Below are positions 43,840 through 52,649 of a stretch of 64,000 nt of DNA, one piece after another. Under the pieces are notes generated by a model. That model saw nothing but the letters and a program-made list of their open reading frames with translations, was not told where the DNA came from and ran no database searches. Made by a program: the position numbers and the translations under genes. Origin of the DNA: an uncultured Opitutales bacterium (lineage in GTDB: Bacteria > Verrucomicrobiota > Verrucomicrobiia > Opitutales > T3Sed10-336); contig CAZYAN010000012.1 of assembly GCA_964645585.1 (NCBI GenBank), forward strand, positions 5,968-69,967, read 5' to 3'. Position 1 is the first letter of the stretch. Every line of letters starts with the position of its first letter.

Positions 43840-46053
43840 ATGAAAAAGCTTCCTCTGTCGCGACCCCGTTCTGCTGTCCTGCTGCCCTTTTCGGTCGCCT
43901 TTTTGGCTGTCGCTCTTCTCGCAAATGCGCGACAGGAGAGGCCGAATATTCTTTTTATTTTTTCGGACGATCATGCGTTGAACGCGATTGGCGCGTATGG
44001 ATCGACGATCAATGAGACGCCGAACATCGACCGGCTTGCCGACGAAGGCGCGGTCTTTGCGAATTCCTTTTGCGGAAACTCGATTTGCGGCCCTTCGCGC
44101 GCAACCATTCTCACCGGGAAGCACAGCCATCTGAATGGATTCATGCGAAACGGTGACCGGTTTGACGGGAGCCAGATGACCTTTCCGAAGCTGCTGCGAG
44201 AAGCCGGCTATCAGACGGCTTTGATTGGCAAATGGCATCTGAGCAGCAATCCGACCGGATTCGATTATTGGAAGATCCTTCCCGGGCAGGGCGCCTATTA
44301 CAATCCGGACTTTCTTTTGATGGACGGCACCCGCAAGCGATACGAAGGCTATGTGACGGACCTTATTACAGACGAGGCGATCGAATGGCTTGAGAGCGGA
44401 CGGGATCAGGATAAGCCGTTTCTGCTGATGGCCCAGCACAAGGCGCCGCACCGAAACTGGATGCCTGCGCCGCGGCATTTGAGTTTATATAAGGATGAAG
44501 AGATCCCGGCGCCCGCGACCTTGTTCGATACCTATGAAGGACGCAGCCGGCTCCTCCAGGAAAATGAAATGACGATTCGTAATCATTTCTACTGGGGCTA
44601 CGACATGAAACTCGACGGGGAAAACCCGTTCCCGGAGCATTTCATGTCGCGCGACAATTACGAATATCGACGCATGAATAACGAGCAGCGTGCGGCCTGG
44701 GACGCTGCTTACGGGCTGGAGAATGAGGAGTTTCTAAAGAAAATGCAGGCCGGCGAACTATCCGAAGAGGAGATCGTAAAGTGGAAATACCAGCGCTACA
44801 TCAAAGATTATTTGCGCACCGTCGCCGCAGTCGATGAGAGCATCGGACGCATCCTCAACTACCTTGATGAAAGCGGACAGGCGGAGAATACGATCGTCAT
44901 CTACAGCTCAGACCAGGGTTTTTATCTAGGCGAGCACGGCTGGTACGACAAACGGTGGATGTTTGAGGAATCGTTTAAGATGCCGTTCCTCGTTCGCTGG
45001 CCCGGAGTCATTGAACCCGGATCGCGGCCGGACGCGCTGATTCAGAACATCGATTATGCGCCGACGTTTCTTGATGCGGCCGGTGTCGAAGTTCCAGGGG
45101 AAATGCAGGGGAGGAGCTTGCTGCCGATCTTTCGCGATGCAGCTGGCGAAGCGCCGGCCGATTGGCGGGATGCGGTTTATTATTCGTACTACGAAAACGA
45201 TGCGGTCCATGAGGTACCGATTCACGACGGTATCCGGACCGATCGCTACAAGCTGATGTTTTTCCCGCGCACCCTCGAGTGGCAGCTGTTCGACTTGCAG
45301 AAGGATCCGCAAGAGCTCCAAAGTCTGCACGCCGATCCCGCATACGCGGACATCCTGAAGGCCATGCAGAAGCGTTACCGGGATCTTCGCGCTTTCTATC
45401 AGGTTAATTCGGCGACCATTCCGCAATCGAGAGGGGACGTTGCCTGGTGGAAGGAACGCCAGCAGGAAAAAGATGCCCTTGCTGAGAAAGGCGACATTGA
45501 TTTGGTGCTGATCGGCGACTCGATCACCCATGGTTGGGAGCGGCCGGCCGGCGCGGAAGTGTGGCCGGAGTATTTTGGGGATGTCAAAGCGCTCAACCTT
45601 GGATTCGGCGGCGATCGCACCGAGAACGTCATATGGCGTCTGACGCGTGGAAATTTGAAAAATGTGGATCCCAAAGCGGTCGTTCTGATGATCGGGACCA
45701 ATAATACGGGACATAAAATGCAGGATCCCCAAGAAACCGCGGCTGGAATCAGACGGATTTTGGAAATTCTCGAAGAACGGATGCCGAACGCGAAGATTTT
45801 GCTCCTCGGGATCTTTCCTCGCGGTGAGTCTCCGCTGGATGAAATGCGCCTCAACAATGTCGCGATTAACCAGATCATCCGGAGATACGCCGACGGAGAG
45901 CGTATCCACTACCTGGATATTGGGAATCTCTTTCTCGATCCTGACGGCACGCTTCCAAAAGAGATTATGCCCGATTTGCTCCATCTGTCACCGGACGGCT
46001 ACCGCATCTGGGCCGAAGCAATCAATCCGATCCTGCGCGGTTGGGGAGTGTAG
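43840..46053 (+). CDS. Fusion: formylglycine-dependent sulfatase + C-terminal SGNH/GDSL esterase
   Basis: 'ILFIFSDDH' and 'CGPSRATILTGK' (Cys at nt 44086-44088). 'IGKWHL'. SGNH blocks: 'LIGDSITHGW' (Ser at nt 45520-45522), 'GFGGDRT', 'MIGTNN' and 'DLLHLS'. Confidence 0.9.
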   Translation: MKKLPLSRPRSAVLLPFSVAFLAVALLANARQERPNILFIFSDDHALNAIGAYGSTINETPNIDRLADEGAVFANSFCGNSICGPSRATILTGKHSHLNGFMRNGDRFDGSQMTFPKLLREAGYQTALIGKWHLSSNPTGFDYWKILPGQGAYYNPDFLLMDGTRKRYEGYVTDLITDEAIEWLESGRDQDKPFLLMAQHKAPHRNWMPAPRHLSLYKDEEIPAPATLFDTYEGRSRLLQENEMTIRNHFYWGYDMKLDGENPFPEHFMSRDNYEYRRMNNEQRAAWDAAYGLENEEFLKKMQAGELSEEEIVKWKYQRYIKDYLRTVAAVDESIGRILNYLDESGQAENTIVIYSSDQGFYLGEHGWYDKRWMFEESFKMPFLVRWPGVIEPGSRPDALIQNIDYAPTFLDAAGVEVPGEMQGRSLLPIFRDAAGEAPADWRDAVYYSYYENDAVHEVPIHDGIRTDRYKLMFFPRTLEWQLFDLQKDPQELQSLHADPAYADILKAMQKRYRDLRAFYQVNSATIPQSRGDVAWWKERQQEKDALAEKGDIDLVLIGDSITHGWERPAGAEVWPEYFGDVKALNLGFGGDRTENVIWRLTRGNLKNVDPKAVVLMIGTNNTGHKMQDPQETAAGIRRILEILEERMPNAKILLLGIFPRGESPLDEMRLNNVAINQIIRRYADGERIHYLDIGNLFLDPDGTLPKEIMPDLLHLSPDGYRIWAEAINPILRGWGV

Positions 46054-46056
46054 GAG

Positions 46057-46089
46057 GATTTTAGATTTTAAATTGATGATTTTAGATTT
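46057..46089. repeat. 12-bp perfect direct repeat, 21-bp period, AT-rich
   Basis: GATTTTAGATTT at 46057-46068 and again at 46078-46089, immediately after the sulfatase stop codon. Confidence 0.8.
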
Positions 46090-46091
46090 GG

Positions 46092-46143
46092 CACCAGGTA
46101 CCAGGAACTAAGAACTAAGAACCAAGCACCAGGCACCAAGCAC
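46092..46143. repeat. Heptanucleotide tandem repeat, ~7.4 copies
   Basis: CACCAGG TACCAGG AACTAAG AACTAAG AACCAAG CACCAGG CACCAAG CAC (consensus NACYARG). It lies in the spacer between two convergent stop codons. Confidence 0.9.
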
Positions 46144-46161
46144 ATCCGCTCCGCGGATACC

Positions 46162-47034
46162 CTACACGTCGCAGAGGGTGATTGCTTCGTGGAGGCCGGT
46201 GAATACGTCGCGGGTGGGGAGAAACTCTTGACCGATGTAGCCGGTGTATCCGATGTCGACAAGGGCCTGCATGACTGCGCGATAGTTGATCTCCTGCGTA
46301 TCATCGATTTCATGGCGGCCCGGATTGCCGGCGATGTGAACATGTCCGATGTAGTCCCGGTGGCGATGAATTCTTCGGATGATGTCGCCGCCCATGACCT
46401 GCGCGTGGTAGATGTCGAACAGCAGTTTTAGGCGCGTCGAGCCGACGCCTTTGATGATGTCGATGCAGTAGTCGACATCGTCGCCCTGGTAGCCGGGATG
46501 CCCGCGCATCGGATGCGTGTCGTCCCGTGTATTCAGATGTTCAAGACAAAGCGTCACCTTTTGTTTCTCGGCATACCCGACGATCTTCTTGAAGCCCGCG
46601 ATACAATTTTTGGCACCCTCGTCCCGGCTGATTTCGGGACTTTTAGGATCGTAGGGGTTGAGTGCGGAGAAGCCGGTGAAGCAAATAACGTTTGGCACGT
46701 TATGGGCGACAGCCGCATCGATTGTCTTTTGAGTGACGTCGATCAATTCAGGCCAGAAGGCGGGGTTGTTGAAGCCGCGAACGAATGGCAGATCGGGACT
46801 CATGTCGATTTGGCCGAGTCCGCAAATCAATTCGAAGTCCTTCAGAACAGGCAGCTGGTCCGGTGTGAGTAATTCCACGCTTTTGACGCCGAGTTCGTTG
46901 GCCGCGCGGCAGGTCTGTTCCAGCGTCCATTGCTCGTCGGACTGCTCCAAGCACCAATGCACGAGCGACTGCTTCAGCCGTCCGTTGACGACGGCTTTCC
47001 CTTGAGGTGCGCGATCTGTCGGCGAGCTTTTCAT
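46162..47034 (-). CDS. Xylose-isomerase-like TIM-barrel protein (hydroxypyruvate isomerase family)
   Basis: ATG at 47034. 'VKSVELL', 'LCLEHLN' and 'GHVHIAGNPGRHEIDDTQEINY'. Confidence 0.85.
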   Translation of the reverse strand: MKSSPTDRAPQGKAVVNGRLKQSLVHWCLEQSDEQWTLEQTCRAANELGVKSVELLTPDQLPVLKDFELICGLGQIDMSPDLPFVRGFNNPAFWPELIDVTQKTIDAAVAHNVPNVICFTGFSALNPYDPKSPEISRDEGAKNCIAGFKKIVGYAEKQKVTLCLEHLNTRDDTHPMRGHPGYQGDDVDYCIDIIKGVGSTRLKLLFDIYHAQVMGGDIIRRIHRHRDYIGHVHIAGNPGRHEIDDTQEINYRAVMQALVDIGYTGYIGQEFLPTRDVFTGLHEAITLCDV

Positions 47035-47190
47035 GCTACGGTCGCGCGGTCGCGCTCGTGAGAGCGCGGTATGCGGTCGTTTGTAGCGGATACTGTGAAA
47101 ACCCGATGCTGGACCGTATAATACATCACTGAAACCATGACTGATTAAGGTTCTTGTATCTGGCCGCGCCGCGTGGATCCGATCAGGCAA

Positions 47191-48513
47191 TCAGAGTGCC
47201 CGTGTCTTGCCGGGCGTTGGCACTTCGTAATAACCATTTTCATCCGGCACGGCCGGCGGCATTGCATCCCAGGCAAGGGTTGCCGGCGAATAGTCGAGGT
47301 CGGAGGCGAGTGCTTGATCGAACGAAATCACTTGATTTGAGTAGGTGCACATGCGGCCGAGGATGGCCGTCAAGGTGCTTTTTGCGCCGTAGTCGGTTTC
47401 ATCATACGGGCGATCCTTGCGAATCGCGTCGAAGAGGTCGTCGTGCTCGCGCTGGTACGGATTGGGGTTGGCTCCGCTGTAGGTCCATTTTTGCGAGCCT
47501 TCGATCTGGTAGGCGCTGACATCGGCGCGGCCGCGCGTTCCCTGGACGTGTTCGGAAACGCTGTTCCAGCCGGGCTGGTGGCGGCACTGGCTGTAGAGAC
47601 GGGTGCCGTCGGCGTATTCGAACTCGACGAAATGGTGATCGAAGATCTGGCCGTACTTCTTATCGGTGCGGATGAGTCGTCCGCCTTGGCCTTGGGCGCG
47701 CACGGGAAAGCTGCCTTTGATCCAATTGATGACATCGATATTATGGACGTGCTGTTCGACGATGTGATCGCCGCAGAGCCAGTTGAAGTAGTACCAGTTG
47801 CGCATCTGGTACTCCATCTCGGTCCATTCCGGCTGGCGCTCCTTTACCCAGACGCCGCCGCTGTTCCAGTAGCAGCGCATCGAAACGATGTCGCCGATGG
47901 CGCCGTCTTGGAGGCGTTTGACTGTTTCGACATAACCAGGCTGGTGGCGGCGCTGGAAACCGACCCCGACTTTCAAGTTCTTGCTGCGGGCGATCGCGGC
48001 GGCATCCAGAACCCGGCGGATTCCGGGAGCGTCGACCGCGACCGGCTTTTCCATGAAAACATGCTTTCCGGCCCGAACGGCTTCCTCGAAATGAACCGGC
48101 CGAAACCCGGGTGGAGTTGCGAGAATGACGACATCGGCCTCGGCGATCGCTTTCTTGTAGGCGTCGAACCCGACGAACTGGCGCTCGGGAGGAACATCGA
48201 CCTGATCCGGATGAGCTTTTTTCAGATTGTTGAGGCTTTTTTGAAGCTCGTCAGCAAAGGCGTCGGCCATAGCGACGAGGCGAACGTCTTTGCCGGTGTT
48301 GAGCGCCTGGTTTGCCGCGCCGGTGCCGCGGCCGCCGCATCCGATTACCGCGAGGCGAAGAATGTTTCCGGCGTCGCCAGCCGATTGTTGCGCGCGGCTG
48401 ATAGCAGGAAACCCGCCCGTGAGAATGCCGCCCGCGACCGCCGCGGAGGCGGTCTTGATAAAGGAGCGGCGGGTGACGGCGGAGATCTGGGGAGATTGAG
48501 GGTGCTTTTTCAC
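47191..48513 (-). CDS. Gfo/Idh/MocA-family oxidoreductase with Tat signal
   Basis: 'TRRSFIKTASAAVAGG' Tat motif. 'LAVIGCGGRG' and 'HVFMEKPV'. Confidence 0.88.
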   Translation of the reverse strand: MKKHPQSPQISAVTRRSFIKTASAAVAGGILTGGFPAISRAQQSAGDAGNILRLAVIGCGGRGTGAANQALNTGKDVRLVAMADAFADELQKSLNNLKKAHPDQVDVPPERQFVGFDAYKKAIAEADVVILATPPGFRPVHFEEAVRAGKHVFMEKPVAVDAPGIRRVLDAAAIARSKNLKVGVGFQRRHQPGYVETVKRLQDGAIGDIVSMRCYWNSGGVWVKERQPEWTEMEYQMRNWYYFNWLCGDHIVEQHVHNIDVINWIKGSFPVRAQGQGGRLIRTDKKYGQIFDHHFVEFEYADGTRLYSQCRHQPGWNSVSEHVQGTRGRADVSAYQIEGSQKWTYSGANPNPYQREHDDLFDAIRKDRPYDETDYGAKSTLTAILGRMCTYSNQVISFDQALASDLDYSPATLAWDAMPPAVPDENGYYEVPTPGKTRAL

Positions 48514-48543
48514 GATGGGAAAGGCTAGGTAAACGGAAGGAAG

Positions 48544-50178
48544 TTAGTCGAGATGATTTTCCAGGTCGGCGGCCGAGACGCTCGATTCGATTCCATCTGG
48601 CGGAACCTCGAGACCGGTAATCCAAACGAGGGCGTTCAGCGCGAGTTTGCGGAGATTGTCGTCGCCCCAGTTCACATGGGTGTGCCCGCCTGTAAAGCCG
48701 AAGCCGCGGCCGCCGTTCGGCCGTTCAAACGCCCAGGCGACCGTCTCGACGCGGCCCTTGCCGGCGACGATATGCTCATATGGGCCCTTCGGATTGACGT
48801 ACGGGCCGTCGCGAGTTTCATCGGGCGGCGTCGCCTGCAAAATCGGTGTAATTCCGGCACCGTCCTCGCGCAGCCGAATGTTGAAATACCATTCATCGCG
48901 GACGGAAAAAGGTTCCACGCCGCGAGTGATCGGGTGGTTGGGGAGGTTGCTGAATTCCGGCGTCCAGATCGGGTTGACGGAAAAGCCGGTTTCGTAATAG
49001 CCCCCAACCCATTCGAGAAACTCAGGCCCGCCGCGATCGGCGGGAACTTCGGTGGCGTAGTGAAAAAGAGCCAGGCCGACACCGCGATTCATCAGCCGCT
49101 GGAGGAGCGCGAGACGATCCTCTTGGATGGCCGGATGCCTGCCGCCGCCGTCCATAAAAAAGAGGATGCCGTCGGCGGTTTCCAAAACGGACGGATCGTT
49201 GGGCCAGCCATTGCGGACCGTTACGACCTCGAGTCCCGGAACCGATGCTAAGGCTTGAGCAAAAAGCTGGACGCCGGCGTTGTGCTCATGGGCGCCGCGT
49301 GCGTGACTCGGCCGGCCGGCGACGAGGACGAGGCGTTTTGCTTCGGCCGCTGAGGCAAATCCCGGGGCCGGAGATCCGTCGGCGGTGAGCTTTTGGGCGG
49401 TCCAGAGCAGACCGCGGGTGACGAGATCAAGGTATTCCTCTGTGGCGATTGTTTCGTTGTGGTGTCCGATGGTCGTTCCGAAAACACGGCCTTTACCGTA
49501 GGTGTTCGTCCAAGCCGTCAGATGGTACGCCTGCGTGTCGACGCCGAAGCTTCGTGCAAGAGGAGTCACGCGCGGTCCGGTTTCTTCGATGACATAGAGC
49601 TCGCCTTGCGGGGTATCCCACGACTCACCGGCTCGAAGCATGATTGGATGATCCGGCGCCAGGTTTTCGACGGCAAACGGGCGTTTGGCCTCGTGGCGCA
49701 CCGTTCGGACGCCGAGTAGATCGCGCCACGTGTCAATTTCGGCGTCTCGAAACGTATGCATGGTGCAATGAAGGGCCACGGCCCCGACCCCCGCGCGGTG
49801 CGCCTTGGCGATGTTCTCGATGTAGGCGGCGTCGGTGATCCCGCTGAAGCAGACGTTGTAGACAACAACGTCGAATCCCGCGGCCCAGTCCGGCTGTTCG
49901 AGACGGGCGATCCGGTGGCGACCCCGCTCTTCCGTCGAGCCCTCGACGCCTTCCAAGACAATGGTCCAGTCGACATTGGCCCGCGCGGAAATCCCCTCGG
50001 CGAGCAGATCCTTCTGTGTGACGTAGTCGTGCCAGCCGCCGCCGGTCAGGAGTAGCGCCCGGATCGGTTCGGGCGGCTCGGATTGGGCGGACGCCCCGCG
50101 AGGTAAGAGCGCGACGGCGCTGGCGACGACGGCTAAGAAAAGCGAAGGTAAAGTGAGGTGTTTCGTCATGGGCTGCAA
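48544..50178 (-). CDS. Secreted tandem ThuA-like (trehalose-utilisation/class-I GATase-like) domain protein
   Basis: Signal peptide. First half 'IRALLLTGGGWHDY'. Second half 'RLVLVAGRPSHARGAHEHNAG ... FFMDGGGRHP'. Confidence 0.8.
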   Translation of the reverse strand: MQPMTKHLTLPSLFLAVVASAVALLPRGASAQSEPPEPIRALLLTGGGWHDYVTQKDLLAEGISARANVDWTIVLEGVEGSTEERGRHRIARLEQPDWAAGFDVVVYNVCFSGITDAAYIENIAKAHRAGVGAVALHCTMHTFRDAEIDTWRDLLGVRTVRHEAKRPFAVENLAPDHPIMLRAGESWDTPQGELYVIEETGPRVTPLARSFGVDTQAYHLTAWTNTYGKGRVFGTTIGHHNETIATEEYLDLVTRGLLWTAQKLTADGSPAPGFASAAEAKRLVLVAGRPSHARGAHEHNAGVQLFAQALASVPGLEVVTVRNGWPNDPSVLETADGILFFMDGGGRHPAIQEDRLALLQRLMNRGVGLALFHYATEVPADRGGPEFLEWVGGYYETGFSVNPIWTPEFSNLPNHPITRGVEPFSVRDEWYFNIRLREDGAGITPILQATPPDETRDGPYVNPKGPYEHIVAGKGRVETVAWAFERPNGGRGFGFTGGHTHVNWGDDNLRKLALNALVWITGLEVPPDGIESSVSAADLENHLD

Positions 50179-50306
50179 GGGAGTTAGAGCAAAACTGAAT
50201 CGAAGAGCAGAGGCAACGATTTATGGCTTCGGAGTAAGAGTCGGGACTTCAGCCCCATTTCTTTAGGTGCGAAAGCAACCACGCTGACCTCACTTGACAG
50301 GATGCC

Positions 50307-51701
50307 TCATTCTCGGCTGGTCGGCAGACGCGGTTCGGCGAAGTCGGTTTCCATGTCGTAGGGTAATTCCCAATACCGCAGGCCGGACGAGTCGCCGAAG
50401 TACAGTTTGGAGATGCTCGGTTTGGACGAATCACCATCCGCCCAGAAAAAGAAAAACGGATCGGCCGCGTTGAGCGGTCGCCGGACATAGGTGTGATTGC
50501 GCACGCTGTTGACCGTGACCTGTCGAATCTTTTTCCACGTTTTGCCCTCGTCGCGGCTTTCCCAGAATTCGATCTCGCCGCCGGTGTGCCAGGCTTGCGG
50601 TCCCACGCCGGTGGGTCCGACGATCAGCCAGCGGTCGTCCTCGATGTAGAGACCGCCGAGATCGTAATTGTGGTCCGACCGGCAGACGATGCTGGTTTCC
50701 CATTCCGTGCCGTTCCAGCGGGTGATGCGCCAGAAGCGTGGTTCGTTCATCGGTCCCGGTTCATGTCCTTGGGAGGTTAAATAAAGCAGGACCGGGTTGC
50801 CATTGCGGTCCCAGTTCAGATCGATGGTGTATTGAAAAAGACCTTGGTCGGCATAATTGATGACACGCGCGGGATTGTCGGGCTCAGAGAGCGGAAGGTC
50901 GAGGACGTGTCCGTCGACCGTCGTCCACGTAGTGCCCATATCGGTCGTCTGGACGTAGTAAAGATCGGTTCGACCGTCGGGCCGGCCGTTGATGTGACGA
51001 TTGAAAAAGCTGCCGATTTTGCCGTTGTGATGTGAGCTCACCTGATAGTGCCCTTCGATACCGGCGAGTTTATGATCCTCGCTCCACGTGATGCCATCCG
51101 GACTCGTTTCCCAATAAAGTTCTCGACCGCGAGTGTACTTGGTGAATAAATGAATAAATCCTTTGCCAGGCACCCACCACGGCTGCGGGTAGGTGAGCTC
51201 CTCTTCAGAAATCAATTCAAAATCGTCAGTGCTGTACGGTTCGGCGCTGCGATATTTAAAGCCGGGGCGGGCCCGGCCTCGACCGCTAATGAAGACCCAA
51301 ATATAACCGTCTCCGTCAATGGAAATGCTCGGGTTATCGTGTGGATCGCGGACGCCTTGCTTGTCGTGTACAATTGTTGGACGCGGGACGCGGTGTGCTT
51401 TGTGATCATAGTACGACGCCATGATGAGAAGATGATTCTCGCCGCGCTTTGTCCCGCCATAGACAAAGAAAGTTTTGTCCGCTTCTTCGGCGTAGATCGC
51501 TATCGGAATATGATTTGCTGTATACGTGCCGAGCCCGCCTGCATACTTGTCGCCGTACACGCCAGAATATTGTCCGAGTGTAAACCAAATGCCGCGATAG
51601 CCGTCGTCCTGGGGCGAAGCGTTCACGAGCCCGGCACTCGTGAAATACAGGACAAACAACAGGTGGCAGACGCGGTACAAGGAGGAGTTCAGCCGTTCCA
51701 T
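50307..51701 (-). CDS. BNR/Asp-box repeat beta-propeller protein (sialidase-like fold)
   Basis: ATG at 51701 gives a signal peptide. Three Asp-boxes of S/T-x-D-x-G-x-T-W type: 'TSPDGITW', 'TTDMGTTW' and 'SRDEGKTW'. Confidence 0.75.
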   Translation of the reverse strand: MERLNSSLYRVCHLLFVLYFTSAGLVNASPQDDGYRGIWFTLGQYSGVYGDKYAGGLGTYTANHIPIAIYAEEADKTFFVYGGTKRGENHLLIMASYYDHKAHRVPRPTIVHDKQGVRDPHDNPSISIDGDGYIWVFISGRGRARPGFKYRSAEPYSTDDFELISEEELTYPQPWWVPGKGFIHLFTKYTRGRELYWETSPDGITWSEDHKLAGIEGHYQVSSHHNGKIGSFFNRHINGRPDGRTDLYYVQTTDMGTTWTTVDGHVLDLPLSEPDNPARVINYADQGLFQYTIDLNWDRNGNPVLLYLTSQGHEPGPMNEPRFWRITRWNGTEWETSIVCRSDHNYDLGGLYIEDDRWLIVGPTGVGPQAWHTGGEIEFWESRDEGKTWKKIRQVTVNSVRNHTYVRRPLNAADPFFFFWADGDSSKPSISKLYFGDSSGLRYWELPYDMETDFAEPRLPTSRE

Positions 51702-51793
51702 ATTCGTCGAGTGTGGTCGCGGAGGCTGGAATGTTCCAGAGAAAAAGGGCATCCGTCGAGCTGATCGCGTTCCGGATTTTTTCCGGCAGACGA

Positions 51794-52222
51794 CTAAGCG
51801 GGCATGGGGGCGAGCGGGAAGTTCAAGATTGCGGCTGCCTCCCTCATGCGGCGATCTCCAGTCACCAGAGGCCAATCTTGCGCCTGGTCACAAGCCGCAA
51901 GGTGAAGAGCATCCAGCGAGCGCAATGCGATGTCTGGATGGCAGGTTTCGAGGATTCGACGGGCGCGCTTTAAGACCGGCAATCCGAGCGGATGCAATTG
52001 AATTGCCTGATACGCAACCTGCCGTTCAAAGGCGGCCCACGCGCGGAGGCGCTGGGACGGAGTGATTGCGTTCAAGCGTTCCTTGGTCAACAGTGCTGAG
52101 CAAAACTCCGAACAGGCCAGCACCGAGGAAGAGACCTCTTCGCCGTCGGCCAGCGTTCCGTAAAACTCGCTGTCGGGCTCTCTGATGAAGAGTTTGACGA
52201 GAATCGACGTATCCAAATACAT
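51794..52222 (-). CDS. vapC: Type II toxin, PIN-domain ribonuclease
   Basis: 'MYLDTSILVKL', 'SLDALHLAA' and 'LVTGDRRM' acidic-residue pattern. It starts 4 nt after the antitoxin stop. Confidence 0.9.
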   Translation of the reverse strand: MYLDTSILVKLFIREPDSEFYGTLADGEEVSSSVLACSEFCSALLTKERLNAITPSQRLRAWAAFERQVAYQAIQLHPLGLPVLKRARRILETCHPDIALRSLDALHLAACDQAQDWPLVTGDRRMREAAAILNFPLAPMPA

Positions 52223-52225
52223 GAT

Positions 52226-52543
52226 TCAGTCGCGCTCGTCCCGATTTTTCCGGATCAATTCATCGGCCGACGGTGCCGATTCTCGCAACGGCATCGAAGC
52301 CAGCAGATCCCAATCCACCTTGAATGCCCGGCGGGGCGAATCCACGGGAACGAGCTTGGCTTTCGGGCGGCCATCGCTCGTGATGATAACCTCGTTGCCT
52401 TGCGCCGCCTGATCGAGCAGGCGGGACAAACCATCGCGCGCCGCGCGCACATTGACTACCGCGGGCGCGTCCGCTGTCGCCGATTCCCGGACCTCCAGCG
52501 ACTTGCCCGGCTTCTTCCGGTATTTGGGCGTCTTCTTCGTCAT
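52226..52543 (-). CDS. Type II antitoxin (Phd/YefM-like)
   Basis: ATG at 52543. 'VVNVRAARDGLSRLLDQAAQGNEVIITSDGRPKAKLVPV'. Confidence 0.8.
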   Translation of the reverse strand: MTKKTPKYRKKPGKSLEVRESATADAPAVVNVRAARDGLSRLLDQAAQGNEVIITSDGRPKAKLVPVDSPRRAFKVDWDLLASMPLRESAPSADELIRKNRDERD

Positions 52544-52649
52544 ATGAAGAAGTGTGGCGACAGGTAGCCACAATGTCAACTCCGGAATCAAACGCGCGTG
52601 GCACGGATCGCCCGTGATCGCTAACCGGTTTCTTGGAGATCTCGAACAG

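Noticed and set aside
41893-44478. 861-aa minus-strand ORF spanning the GH9 gene, the spacer and the start of the sulfatase gene.
   Set aside because: It is antisense to two ORFs with unmistakable family motifs. The translation is Arg/Pro/Gly-rich low complexity, typical of shadow frames in GC-rich DNA. It has no signal, motif or sensible start context.
46092-46143. Heptamer array considered as a miniature CRISPR or a coding repeat.
   Set aside because: The units are contiguous with no spacers and are only 7 nt long. The period is not a multiple of 3 and stop codons (TAA, TAG) occur in the array. It is kept only as an unexplained microsatellite.
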